Shown piece after piece: positions 16,115 to 25,160 of a stretch of 32,000 bases of DNA. Under the pieces are notes generated by a model, which was given only the letters and a program-made list of their open reading frames with translations, was not told the origin of the DNA and ran no database searches. The number at the start of each line of letters is the position of its first letter. Within the stretch, counting starts at the first letter, position 1. Position numbers and translations under genes: made by a program. The stretch spans positions 4,050,001-4,082,000 of the forward strand of contig CP060262.1 of assembly GCA_022646745.1 (NCBI GenBank), in the 5' to 3' direction. Source of the stretch: Planctomycetales bacterium. Lineage in GTDB: Bacteria; 4484-113; JAFGCY01.

Positions 16115-17110
16115 TCAGTCCGCCGCCGCTTCCTCCTGCGCTGCCAGTGAAGCCTGTTCGTATTCCCGGGCCGCATGCGCCACGGCCAGGGCCGCGCGCT
16201 CCTCCAGTTCCTGGGCCAGCTCCAGCAGGCGCACTCCTTCCGTGCGGCTCTCTTCCTGCTCCACAGCCTCCCCGGCCGGGAAGGCGAACAGCTCGGCGAA
16301 CTGCTGCATGTGCGTATTGCACTCGCCGAACAGTCCGGCCGCCTCCTCCAGGCTGCCACGGGCGGCAGGCATGCGCTCCGCAAGCCTGTAGAGGAAGTCA
16401 CGCGCGAACTGCTTCTGCTCGGCCCAGCAGCTGGCGTTGTATGCGTTGCCAAATGCGTTGATCCTGTAGTTCAGCAGGGCCTCAATCCAGTTGTCATATG
16501 CTCCGCGGCCCGTGCGGTACTGGCCCTGCAGGTCCGGCTGGTTCAGCAGGCGCGCTGCCCGGCGCAGCGCTTCAGCGTCCGCCCGTGCCCCATCAGCATG
16601 CTGGGCGTGCGGGAAGCTGATGCCATAGACGATCCCCATGTCATGCAGCTCGTCGTGCCCCAGCGGATGCTGCTCCTCCCCGGTCATCTCGCGGAAGGTG
16701 CTGCAGGTGTACTTGTCATCCTCCACCCCGGTGGCAACACCGAACTCCGGCACATAGGTGCCCCAGATCACCACCGGATTGCCTTCCTTCGTCTCATATC
16801 GTACGAACTCGAGCAGGTCGCGGCGTGCCTTGTCCAGCGCAGCCTTGTCTGCCTCCGAATCCCCGCCGTACATCCCGAGCTCAGTACGCACGCTGCGTCC
16901 CATGCACATGATCCCCTGGTTCAGCTCGTTCCAGTCGAACACCGTCGGCCCGCTCGGGCAAACGTCACGTGCCACCACCATGCGGAAGGCGTAGCCTGAA
17001 TGCCCGGCCACGTCCACCTCGTCCACGTCCATCCCGTGGTAACGCAGGCAGGTCGTCGTGCTGGCCACCCAGCTTAGCCAGGCGGGATTGTAGTTAACCT
17101 TGATTGCCAT
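16115..17110 (-). CDS. Hypothetical 331-aa protein, tentatively BtrH_N/peptidase-C39-like N-domain plus helical C-domain (DUF4872-like)
   Basis: ATG at 17110 with GAGGA 10 nt upstream. N-terminal TTTCLRYHGMDVDEVDVAGHSGYAFRM resembles the Cys-containing start of BtrH_N papain-like domains. The C-terminal third is helical and Ala/Glu-rich. The overall length is typical for that architecture. The family call rests on pattern memory only. Confidence 0.6.
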   Translation of the reverse strand: MAIKVNYNPAWLSWVASTTTCLRYHGMDVDEVDVAGHSGYAFRMVVARDVCPSGPTVFDWNELNQGIMCMGRSVRTELGMYGGDSEADKAALDKARRDLLEFVRYETKEGNPVVIWGTYVPEFGVATGVEDDKYTCSTFREMTGEEQHPLGHDELHDMGIVYGISFPHAQHADGARADAEALRRAARLLNQPDLQGQYRTGRGAYDNWIEALLNYRINAFGNAYNASCWAEQKQFARDFLYRLAERMPAARGSLEEAAGLFGECNTHMQQFAELFAFPAGEAVEQEESRTEGVRLLELAQELEERAALAVAHAAREYEQASLAAQEEAAAD

Positions 17111-17142
17111 CTATTGCAGTCCTCAGTAATCCAGTCTAGTTG

Positions 17143-18783
17143 TCAGGCCGGCCGGCCGGCATCGCCACGCTGGCCGTCAGCCTTTTCACACAGTATGCGC
17201 AGGGCCTGCGGCAGGAAGCCGATCAGGTCCGTGCTTGTAAGTCCGTCCTCACCGAGCTGGGCCACCGCCAGCCGGGCCGCCAGCGCATGCCAGTTGACGG
17301 CGCTGACGGTGATTTCCGCCACGGTCAGGCGCCTCGTGCTCGCAGTCGTCTCGAATCGCAGCTCAGGGCTGCGCACCATTGCATGGTAGCGTGCCAGCAG
17401 CGCACCGATCATTCCTGCAAGCACGTCGCCGGTGCCACCCGTTGCCAGCGCGGGATGCCCCTTGTGCGGGAAGATCAACGCGCCTTCAGGCGTCGTCAGC
17501 AGGCACTGGTTGCTCTTGGCGAGCACCAGCGCATGCAGCCGGAAGCTCAGCTCCGTTGCCACCTGGAACAGGTTGTCCCAGGTCTCATCCGGGATCTGCC
17601 CGGCCAGGCGAGCCAGCTCTCCGATATGCGGCGTGAGCACCATCGGCCAGCCGCCGGGCTTGGGGTTCTCCGGCAGGGCACGCAGTGCGTCCGCATCCAC
17701 CACCACCGGGAAGTTGCGTTTCTCCAGCAGGGCGCCCGCCAGCTGCAGTCCGTGCGGGGCGTCACTCAGGCCGGGGCCGATAACCAGGGCGTCAGCCCAT
17801 TCCATGTGCTCCAGCAGCTCGGCATCAGGCTCGGATGCGAAGCCACCCTTGCCATCTGTCGGATGCGCGCTGACCATCAGCGCCGGGTTGTCACAGCATA
17901 CGGCGTATATGTCCTCAGGCACGACCAGGCGCACCAGGCCCACACCACCGCGCAGGGCCGCGTTGGCAGCCAGCCGTGGCGCACCGGGGTACTTGCGGCT
18001 GCCGGCCACGATCAGCAGCCGGCCATAATCTCCCTTATGCGTGTCAGCACTGCGCCAGGTCCTGAGCGGCTCCCACAGCGCTTCCTGCCAGGCATGGCTG
18101 GCCGGTGCGATGCCCGCCTCGGAGATGCTGGCAAAGCCGAGGTCCGCCACCTGCAGGTCGCCGACATAACGCACCGCACCCGGATGGTAGAAGCCGCGCT
18201 TGGCATAGCCCATTGTCACCGTGAGATCAGCCTGCACACTGCGGCTGATCACTTCCCCGGTTGTGGAATCCAGCCCGCTCGGGCAGTCGATTGCCAGGAT
18301 CGGCGCGCTGGAGATGTTCATCCGGTCGATGATGTTCACGTAGTAGTTGTCAAGCTGTCCGGCCAGCCCTGTGCCGAAGATCGAGTCCACGATCAGGTCG
18401 CAGTTGTGGTTGCCAAGGATCTCCGGGATCAGCACCGGCTTCGTGAGGAAGTCCATGCTGACGTAGGCCCGCTGGGCGATGCGGTAGAAGTAGGTCGCAT
18501 CCATAGACAGCGTCGGCGGGTCGGTGATCTGCGGATGGCATAGCAGCAGGAGCGGGTTCATGCCCGCCTGCTGGGCGTAATAGGCCAGCGCCAGCCCGTC
18601 GCCGCCGTTGTTGCCGGTGCCGGCGAAGATCACCGGGCGCCGTACGTTCGGCCAGCGCTGCCTGATCTGGTCCAGCACACTGCGTGCCGCATTGCTCATC
18701 AGGATCTTGCCGTCCAGCCCGTGCGATTCAATGGTGAACTTGTCGAGCTGGCCCATCTCCACTGCTGTCAGTACCGGTTTCAT
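17143..18783 (-). CDS. nnr: Bifunctional NAD(P)H-hydrate repair enzyme (NAD(P)HX epimerase + ADP-dependent dehydratase)
   Basis: The YjeF_N part contains VIFAGTGNNGGDGLALA. The kinase-fold part contains THKGDYGRLLIVAGSRKYPGAPRLAA and GGTGDVLAG. The start is set at ATG 18783 (MKPVLTAVEM), preceded by AAGGAGAGG. The upstream 74 codons of the track ORF overlap the preceding gene's end. Confidence 0.9.
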   Translation of the reverse strand: MKPVLTAVEMGQLDKFTIESHGLDGKILMSNAARSVLDQIRQRWPNVRRPVIFAGTGNNGGDGLALAYYAQQAGMNPLLLLCHPQITDPPTLSMDATYFYRIAQRAYVSMDFLTKPVLIPEILGNHNCDLIVDSIFGTGLAGQLDNYYVNIIDRMNISSAPILAIDCPSGLDSTTGEVISRSVQADLTVTMGYAKRGFYHPGAVRYVGDLQVADLGFASISEAGIAPASHAWQEALWEPLRTWRSADTHKGDYGRLLIVAGSRKYPGAPRLAANAALRGGVGLVRLVVPEDIYAVCCDNPALMVSAHPTDGKGGFASEPDAELLEHMEWADALVIGPGLSDAPHGLQLAGALLEKRNFPVVVDADALRALPENPKPGGWPMVLTPHIGELARLAGQIPDETWDNLFQVATELSFRLHALVLAKSNQCLLTTPEGALIFPHKGHPALATGGTGDVLAGMIGALLARYHAMVRSPELRFETTASTRRLTVAEITVSAVNWHALAARLAVAQLGEDGLTSTDLIGFLPQALRILCEKADGQRGDAGRPA

Positions 18784-18823
18784 GTCGCTGCAGTCCTCTC
18801 CTTGGCTACGGGCATACCTCTTG

Positions 18824-21682
18824 TCAGACCCCGATGATGCCGGCGCTGACATCGGCCTGGCCAAGCAGCCATTCATACTGGGCCCGGTGGCAGCTGGTGA
18901 GCAGTACCTGGTGGTGCCCTGACAGGGTGTCGAGGTAGTTAAGGCCGGCGACGCTGCGCAGGTCGTCCAGCCCGCTGAGCGGTTCATCGAACATGAGCGG
19001 TGCATTCACCTTGCCGGTCAGCGCTTTGACGATCGCGCTGCGCAGGGCCAGGCTGAGCTGGTTGCGCGCACCGGTTGACAGGCGTTCCAGCAACGCCCGT
19101 CCTTCCAGTCCGGCAGGTGCATCCAGCACGCGCAGGCGCAGTTCCAGTGCAGCATCGATCTGGGCTTCGATCACTCCCTCGACCGGGGCGCGCTCCAGGA
19201 CACGCTGCAGCTCATCGTTGATACGCGGCGCCAGGCTGCTGCTCTGGCGGCTGCGGATCTCACGGAAGCTCTCGCGGCAGAACTCGATCGCCTTCTGCCA
19301 GACGATCAGTCCGCTCAGTCTGCTGGAGCTTTCCTCCAGGCGGCGGAAGCTGTCCTCCACGCTGCGCAGCACATCGCTTTCGGAAGCGATCCGCTCACGC
19401 AGGGCTGACAGCTCACGGGCCGCCTCCTCGTTGTCATCATTCAGCCGGCCGAGGAACTCCTCGAGCTGGCGGCGCTGGTTGAGCTGTTCATCCAGCTGGT
19501 CCGGCGTGCTGACGATCGAGCTCAGGCGCTGCTGCTCCTCGCGTTCCAGCCTGCTCCATTCCAGCTCGAACTCATCGCGCGGCATCACCGCATGGCGATG
19601 GTAGCCCTCCGCCTCGCGCAGCCGGTCGCGGATCCCGCGATACTCACGGGCATGCTGCATCATCTCGCGGAAGCGTCCGACGGCCTCCTCGGGAGAGGTC
19701 GTTGCCACGAAGCTCAGCCCGACCGGCTCAACCAGCTCGCTGAGCCGCAGGATCAGTTCGCGGCTGCGCTGGCCATTGATATCCAGTTCCCGGCGCAGGT
19801 CAAGCTGGGTCGCGTTCTGGTCCATGCGCTGCTTCTTCAGGTCCTCGATGCTGGCCAGCGTGTCCTGCTTCTCCTGCAGCCATCCACGCTCTATCTGTGT
19901 TGGCAATCCCTGCAGGATGCGGCCCAGCTTTCGCCAGCAATCGCTCATCTTCTCGCGGGCATCCTCCAGACGGTGGCCCGCCAGGGCATAGTTCTCCAGC
20001 CGGAAGCGCAGGTCCTTGTAGACCGGGATGTCACGCATCAGCTCTGCCCACTTCTCGTCTGTCAGCTCATACTCCAGGATGTAGTGCCGGCGGTCCCGGT
20101 CCAGCCTGCCTTGTTCATCCGCAAGCCTTGTCAGGGCAGGCTTGATCTCACGGTCCATCTCTGCGGTTGCACGCTTTGCCAGGCCCTTGTTGCCAACGTC
20201 GCGCACGAACAGCACGATCCCGAGGCAGAACAGTGCACCGGCCAGTCCGTAGCCGATCATCGGCCCGTTCTCACCCATCGCACCGAATATCGCCACGCTG
20301 AAGATCGCCAGCAGCAGTGAGGCCACCATCGTACCGACGGCTATCTCACGGCGTCCGCCCTTACCCTTGCGGATGATCGGGCTTAACTCCAGCTTGCGAT
20401 GCTCGGTGACGGCCTTCTCCGTGTCATATTTGTGGTTTCGCTCATACCAGTCAAGCAGGGTGTTGATGTAGGCCCTGTGCTTGCGCATGCCCTTGTCGAG
20501 CTCCTCGAAGCGCCGGCGTGTCTCCGGGTCCGCACTCTGCCCGTAATGCTCGCGTTCCTGGGCTGCCTGCTCAGCATCGGCAGTGGCTGAATCCAGCAGC
20601 ACGGCGATCTCGTTGATGTCCCGCTGCCTGTCCACCAGCGGCAGCAGGTGCTCGTTGCTGCCAAGTGAATGCTCAATCCGCAGCAATGCCTGCTCAGCGG
20701 CCGCCAGCTTTTCGCGCATGCGGCCGTCCTGCTCGTTGATGTTGGCAAACTCGGTGCTCCAGCGCTCGATCTCCAGTTCAAGGTGGAAGGGGAAGTCCTT
20801 GATCCAGGGTTCGCCCGCCAGGCGGACCTCCCAGTCCTCAAGCTGCTGTTCGATGCGGGTCTGCTCCTTGTAGCACCAGTAGGCCCCGGCCAGCTGGATG
20901 TCCCGGATGCGGTTCATCAGCTTGCGGCGCTTGATCTGTTCCTGGTTCTGGCGGAACTCCGCCTGCTCCTTGCGCGCCTGCAGCTTCTCAAGTTCAGCGT
21001 ACTTCTCGCGGCCACCCTCGAACTCCAGCCTGGCAACGGCATTCTGCTCATCGAGGCGGCGCAGGATGGTGCTGAACAGCACCGGGCTTTCCGCCACTCC
21101 CTGCATCCTGAAGCTCGGATTATCGAGCTGCAGCAGTGCATGGTCCAGCGTGGCCTTTTCCGGGTCCTCCACCAGTCCGGCGAGGTCAGTTGTCAGGATC
21201 GCCCGCAGGTCCGGCTCACTGAGGATCTCGTCAATCCGGCCCTGGCGGGAGAGCACGCTGGTCTGGAATGCCCCGCGCGTCAGTCCGAGCAGCTGGCGGC
21301 CGAGGTCCCATTCGCCGTTTGAATCTACGTTGACCCGCTCGCTCAGGTTTTCCAGGTTCTCCACGTCCTGCACGAAGATGCTGAAGCGGTCAAAGAACAC
21401 CTGTACCCTGATCAGCTCCGGCCAGCTGCGCCGCTCCGGTGCGATCACGAGCGAAGCCTGCGGGTTGCTGCCATCCCATGGGGCCCATTGCTCGACGAGT
21501 GACAGGTTGCGCTTGCTGCCGCGGGACGGTGCACCGTACAGCACCCATTCCAGCATTGTCAGCAGCGTGGTCTTGCCTGCCTGGTTGGGGGCGATGATGA
21601 TGTTCAGTCCGGGGTCAAACTGGCGTGGCTCCTCCACCCTGAGCTTGCCGAATCGAGCTGACTCTAGCGTGACAAGCTTCAT
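18824..21682 (-). CDS. SMC/Rad50-fold ATPase of the YhaN/SbcC-like type with a central transmembrane hairpin
   Basis: N-terminal Walker A is IIAPNQAGKTTLL. The C-terminal ABC signature is LSTGARNQLSLA and the Walker B is LMFDEPLSGLDD. Long heptad-like Glu/Arg/Leu-rich arms lie between. Two hydrophobic helices (IAVGTMVASLLLAIFSVAIFGA and IGYGLAGALFCLGIVLFV) sit at the midpoint. There is no CxxC hook anywhere. Confidence 0.8.
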   Translation of the reverse strand: MKLVTLESARFGKLRVEEPRQFDPGLNIIIAPNQAGKTTLLTMLEWVLYGAPSRGSKRNLSLVEQWAPWDGSNPQASLVIAPERRSWPELIRVQVFFDRFSIFVQDVENLENLSERVNVDSNGEWDLGRQLLGLTRGAFQTSVLSRQGRIDEILSEPDLRAILTTDLAGLVEDPEKATLDHALLQLDNPSFRMQGVAESPVLFSTILRRLDEQNAVARLEFEGGREKYAELEKLQARKEQAEFRQNQEQIKRRKLMNRIRDIQLAGAYWCYKEQTRIEQQLEDWEVRLAGEPWIKDFPFHLELEIERWSTEFANINEQDGRMREKLAAAEQALLRIEHSLGSNEHLLPLVDRQRDINEIAVLLDSATADAEQAAQEREHYGQSADPETRRRFEELDKGMRKHRAYINTLLDWYERNHKYDTEKAVTEHRKLELSPIIRKGKGGRREIAVGTMVASLLLAIFSVAIFGAMGENGPMIGYGLAGALFCLGIVLFVRDVGNKGLAKRATAEMDREIKPALTRLADEQGRLDRDRRHYILEYELTDEKWAELMRDIPVYKDLRFRLENYALAGHRLEDAREKMSDCWRKLGRILQGLPTQIERGWLQEKQDTLASIEDLKKQRMDQNATQLDLRRELDINGQRSRELILRLSELVEPVGLSFVATTSPEEAVGRFREMMQHAREYRGIRDRLREAEGYHRHAVMPRDEFELEWSRLEREEQQRLSSIVSTPDQLDEQLNQRRQLEEFLGRLNDDNEEAARELSALRERIASESDVLRSVEDSFRRLEESSSRLSGLIVWQKAIEFCRESFREIRSRQSSSLAPRINDELQRVLERAPVEGVIEAQIDAALELRLRVLDAPAGLEGRALLERLSTGARNQLSLALRSAIVKALTGKVNAPLMFDEPLSGLDDLRSVAGLNYLDTLSGHHQVLLTSCHRAQYEWLLGQADVSAGIIGV

Positions 21683-22842
21683 CAGACGAGCTCCTCAGGC
21701 AGGCCCTGCCCGCTCAGCAGGCGATGGCCGAGGTAGCGCGCCAGCCGCCAGGCTTCCTTGATACCTTCTTCCGAGGATTCATCAACGTGCTTTTCACAGG
21801 TGTCGAGGAATTCATCCAGCAAGGGGCTCACACCGCGCGGTGCCAGTGGTGGCGTGAAGGCTGTTGCGCTCCAGTCGATGTCCGTTGCATGCCAGGCCTT
21901 GCTGAGCAGTCCGTTTATCCGTTCGCGCAGGCCTTCCTTTTCAGTCGCCGGCCAGCGTCCCTTGATGTCCAGGCGCAACAGGTCCTTTTCACCGAGCTGT
22001 TCCGCTATGCTTTCCAGCCGCTGCTCAAGCCTGAGCCAGCTTTCACCACCCTGCCAGGGCGGCAGCTGCAGCGGATGGCGCTGCCAGGTATGGCGCGAGG
22101 CCTCCCGGTATTCCAGCTCGGCACCGACTTCCCTGAGCCGCCCGATAACGAATCCGCGGCCGCCGGTTTCATCCCAGCCCAAACCCTGTGGACAGCCGCC
22201 ATAGGCGGCGTATGCCGGGCCATCGGACTGGCGGCTGAAGCGCTGGAAGGTGTGGTAGTGGCCCAGGGAGCAGAAGCTGTAGCCTGACTGCTCAAGTGCT
22301 GTGGTGGTCACCGGCAGCATCACGCTTTCCCTGTGCCGGCCATCTCCCGCATTCATCACCGAAGCATGCATCATCAGCACACTCGGTCCGCTCGGTGCAG
22401 GAGGCAAAGAACTCCAGTCGATCATGCTGCCGTATTCACCGCTGCGGAAGGCTCGCCCTGCCACAGGACAGACCGATGTCCGGATCGTGGTGAATTCATT
22501 GCTGGTGAACAGGCTGACATTTGATGGAGCTGCGATCGTGGCGTAGGGGCTCTCGATCGAATATGGATCGTGGTTACCCGGGGCGATCACCACCGGGGTA
22601 GATGCCATTGACGCTGCCAGCTCATAGATGAAGTGCAGCTGGCCACTGGCATCGATGCCGTTATGGTCGTAGAGGTCACCCGGCATCAGGATCAGGTCGG
22701 CATTTTCAGCCTTTGCAGCCTCAAATGCCTCTATCACGATCTCCCTTGTTGAATTGCGCAGGTGCTCCGCAATCTCCCCCGGCAGGTTGACCAGACGTGC
22801 GCCGAGGTGCAGGTCGGACAGCTGCATGAAAACTAGGGACAT
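21682..22842 (-). CDS. Calcineurin-like metallophosphoesterase, SbcD/Mre11/YhaO-like nuclease
   Basis: Ordered motifs are MQLSDLHLG, MPGDLYD, APGNHDP, MMHAS and SLGHYH. The stop overlaps the ATG of the ATPase gene (TGATG at 21680-21684), implying coupling. Start is ATG 22842. The track's 633-aa ORF extends antisense over the GT4 gene and is rejected. Confidence 0.8.
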   Translation of the reverse strand: MSLVFMQLSDLHLGARLVNLPGEIAEHLRNSTREIVIEAFEAAKAENADLILMPGDLYDHNGIDASGQLHFIYELAASMASTPVVIAPGNHDPYSIESPYATIAAPSNVSLFTSNEFTTIRTSVCPVAGRAFRSGEYGSMIDWSSLPPAPSGPSVLMMHASVMNAGDGRHRESVMLPVTTTALEQSGYSFCSLGHYHTFQRFSRQSDGPAYAAYGGCPQGLGWDETGGRGFVIGRLREVGAELEYREASRHTWQRHPLQLPPWQGGESWLRLEQRLESIAEQLGEKDLLRLDIKGRWPATEKEGLRERINGLLSKAWHATDIDWSATAFTPPLAPRGVSPLLDEFLDTCEKHVDESSEEGIKEAWRLARYLGHRLLSGQGLPEELV

Positions 22843-22850
22843 AGGGGCTG

Positions 22851-22856
22851 AGTATA
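22851..22856 (-). promoter_or_regulatory. -10 box TATACT 8 nt upstream of the phosphoesterase ATG
   Basis: The minus strand reads gcgcTATACTcagcccctATG. It lies inside a 39-nt divergent intergenic region. Confidence 0.4.
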
Positions 22857-22881
22857 GCGCATTTACTAAATTCTGATTAAT

Positions 22882-24030
22882 ATGTCTATAGTGCGTGTTG
22901 CATGGGACTTCCAGGCCATCACCGGCCCGCGTCCAACGGGACTCGGAATGTCGGTGGGACTGCTGCTCAAGGCATTTGAGGACCATTGCGCTCAGCACAC
23001 CGTCATCCCCCTCAGGCCCAATGAAACGAATTCCGCGCTGGTGGATGTGCCGGATCGCATGAAGTGGGAGCAGTGGCGCCTGCCGAATGCCGTGCGCCGC
23101 ATTCATCCCCGGGCATCCCTGCTGTACAGCCCGGCCCTCGGTGCACCACTCAAGTGCGCCTTGCCCGTGGTGGCCCATGTGCACGACCTCATCCCGCTGA
23201 TCTTCCCGGAGCAGTTCCACGGACCCAGTGGCTTCTACTGGAAGCAGATGCTGCCCCGCAGCTGGAAGAGGGCTCGTATCATCACGGTCAGCAATGCCGC
23301 GGTGAAGCGAGACATCATGCGCATCCTCGATTACCCCGCTGAGCGCATCCACGTGGTGCCCTACTACCCTGATCCGAGCTGGCGCATACACGCACAGCAA
23401 ATCCGTGAACAGGCCGCCCGTGATGAGAATCCGCTCGGCCCCACAGCTGAGCCCGTTTTCCTGATGCTGGCGAGCCATGAAGTGCGCAAGAACATTGAAC
23501 TGGCCATCCAGGCGCTGGCTGAGCTGAAACAGCGGCATGGCATGGCGGCAAGGCTGGTCTGCATCGGCGGACACAGTGAGCACACACCGGTGCTGCAGTC
23601 CATTGCCGCTGAGCTTGGAGTGCAGGACAGCCTGGAACTGCCGGGCTATCTGTCACAGGATGAGATCACAGAGCGGCTGCTCAACTGCACAGCCCTGCTG
23701 TTCGTAAGCCGCTATGAGGGCTATGGCATGCCACCGCAGGAAGCACAGAGCATTGGTGTGCCGGTGGTGCTGTCTGACATTGCCTGCCACAAGGAAGTCT
23801 ATGCGGACCGGGACCGCATTTCACAGCTCGCTACCGACCTGCAGTTTGCCCCGCCGATGGTGGATACGGGCAACCACCGCAAGCTGGCGGACCACATGCA
23901 CAAGCTGGCCACTGATCCGGACTGGCGGGAACTGCTGGGACGCCACGGAATCGCCTACAGCGGCACATTCAGTTCGCGTCGCACCGCCACTGCCCTGCTT
24001 GAGGCTTTCGAGGCAGCGCTGGTACGTTGA
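22882..24030 (+). CDS. GT4-family (group 1) glycosyltransferase
   Basis: The C-terminal domain motif SRYEGYGMPPQEAQSIGVPVVLSD is the E-x7-E region. The GT-B N-domain begins MSIVRVAWDF. 382 aa. Confidence 0.8.
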   Translation: MSIVRVAWDFQAITGPRPTGLGMSVGLLLKAFEDHCAQHTVIPLRPNETNSALVDVPDRMKWEQWRLPNAVRRIHPRASLLYSPALGAPLKCALPVVAHVHDLIPLIFPEQFHGPSGFYWKQMLPRSWKRARIITVSNAAVKRDIMRILDYPAERIHVVPYYPDPSWRIHAQQIREQAARDENPLGPTAEPVFLMLASHEVRKNIELAIQALAELKQRHGMAARLVCIGGHSEHTPVLQSIAAELGVQDSLELPGYLSQDEITERLLNCTALLFVSRYEGYGMPPQEAQSIGVPVVLSDIACHKEVYADRDRISQLATDLQFAPPMVDTGNHRKLADHMHKLATDPDWRELLGRHGIAYSGTFSSRRTATALLEAFEAALVR

Positions 24031-25119
24031 TCAGTCCGTGGCCTGCAGGCGCATGATCTGCGTACTGACCTTGCGGCTGTCGCGGTTGTCCAGCACGCTG
24101 TAGTAGTAGGTGTCCTTGCCTGAGCTGTAGTCGATCAGCGAGATGAAGTCGCTGGTGGACAGCAGCTCACGACGGGCCTTCGTGTAGGGCTCGATCTCGA
24201 TGATCTTGAACATCTTCTGCTTCTTGTCGTTGACCAGGGCGTAAATCGTGTTGCCGCGGTCCTTCCAGTCGAAATAGATCAGGTCCTCATTGGGCTGCAG
24301 GTCGACTGTGAGCACCTGCGGATTGTCCTTGTTGGCGAAGTTGTAGATGCACAGCTGCAGCGTCGGGCGGCCTTCGGCGTACACTGTGGTCGCAGCCTGC
24401 TTGGACGCGCTCTCCACCTTGAACAGGGCGTGGTCATCCGCCGGATCCTTGTCCTTGCTGAAGGTATAGAGGTTCCTGTACTCTCCTCCCTCGAGGCTCC
24501 ATTCGGCGATGTAGAAATCCCCGGTGTCGGCATCATGCAGGTGCCAGAAGACACTGTAACCATCAGAGCTCAGGTCGTAATCGCTGCCGATGTTGGCGCG
24601 CGCGACCCGCGGCACCACCTGGTTGACGCCGGTCAGGTACAGGTTGAAACTGGGCAGTGACTCAGTGTTGATCGTCATCTGCATCGCCTTCGAACCGTCC
24701 TCAGCGGCGATCGGGTCCAGGGTGTACATCTCAAACAGGTCCTTCATCTCGCCGACCTTTTTGTCTTCCTTGGTGTCGACGTTGTAGGTCTTGTAGGTGA
24801 CGGTGTTGAGCTTGAGCTTGTCCTGGTAGAAGGCAAAGGTGTAAAGCAGGATGTTCTTGCCAGGAATCCAGCACATGCCACCTGGATTGGCAGCCGTGGC
24901 GATCTCGCGCTTCTCGCCATTATCTGCATTGATCACCATCAGCTTGTACTCATTTCCGACCTGGTTCCAGGCGGCGAGCCAGTTGCTGCGAGGTGTGCAG
25001 CGCACGACGGATGCGTCGCCCTCCAGCTTGGTGACCACACTGGGCTTGGCAGCAAGGGCCGCCTGGCTGAAGAGGATCATCATGCAGCAGCACAGGGCGG
25101 TAATCACAGGTAATCTCAT
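24031..25119 (-). CDS. Secreted beta-rich (propeller-like) protein, function unknown
   Basis: Signal peptide MRLPVITALCCCMMILFSQAALAA. The mature part is Lys/Asp/Tyr-rich with alternating beta-strand patterns. No catalytic motif was recognised. Confidence 0.6.
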   Translation of the reverse strand: MRLPVITALCCCMMILFSQAALAAKPSVVTKLEGDASVVRCTPRSNWLAAWNQVGNEYKLMVINADNGEKREIATAANPGGMCWIPGKNILLYTFAFYQDKLKLNTVTYKTYNVDTKEDKKVGEMKDLFEMYTLDPIAAEDGSKAMQMTINTESLPSFNLYLTGVNQVVPRVARANIGSDYDLSSDGYSVFWHLHDADTGDFYIAEWSLEGGEYRNLYTFSKDKDPADDHALFKVESASKQAATTVYAEGRPTLQLCIYNFANKDNPQVLTVDLQPNEDLIYFDWKDRGNTIYALVNDKKQKMFKIIEIEPYTKARRELLSTSDFISLIDYSSGKDTYYYSVLDNRDSRKVSTQIMRLQATD

Positions 25120-25160
25120 CAGGATCGGTGCTCCGTTTGAATACTTGGCCAGTCTGGCAT

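Noticed and set aside
16093-16452. N-terminal extensions offered by the ORF track for alr (to 16452), nnr (to 19005), the phosphoesterase (to 23583), htrA (from 25279) and the PKD protein (from 27266)
   Set aside because: The extensions overlap neighbouring genes or run antisense to them and are compositionally odd. Conserved N-termini with an SD or a -10 box are found at the internal starts 16092, 18783, 22842, 25393 and 27290.
17140-18543. Long antisense ORFs inside real genes, for example 17140-18543(+), 25405-26565(-), 28199-29557(-), 13951-14775(-), 6232-6930(-), 6940-7770(-), 497-1150(-), 1048-1761(-), 9821-10516(-) and 19592-20320(+)
   Set aside because: Their products are Arg/Ala/Gly/Pro/His-rich with no motifs. 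They lie opposite ORFs with unmistakable family signatures (nnr, htrA, PKD protein, dapF, glycosidases, valS). Such shadow ORFs are expected in high-GC DNA because stop codons are rare.
14047-18783. Clustering of three racemase/epimerase-type enzymes (DapF, Alr, Nnr epimerase domain) as a possible functional system
   Set aside because: They use mechanistically unrelated folds and substrates. nnr-alr adjacency is common synteny, and dapF is on the opposite strand. This is most likely coincidental housekeeping clustering.
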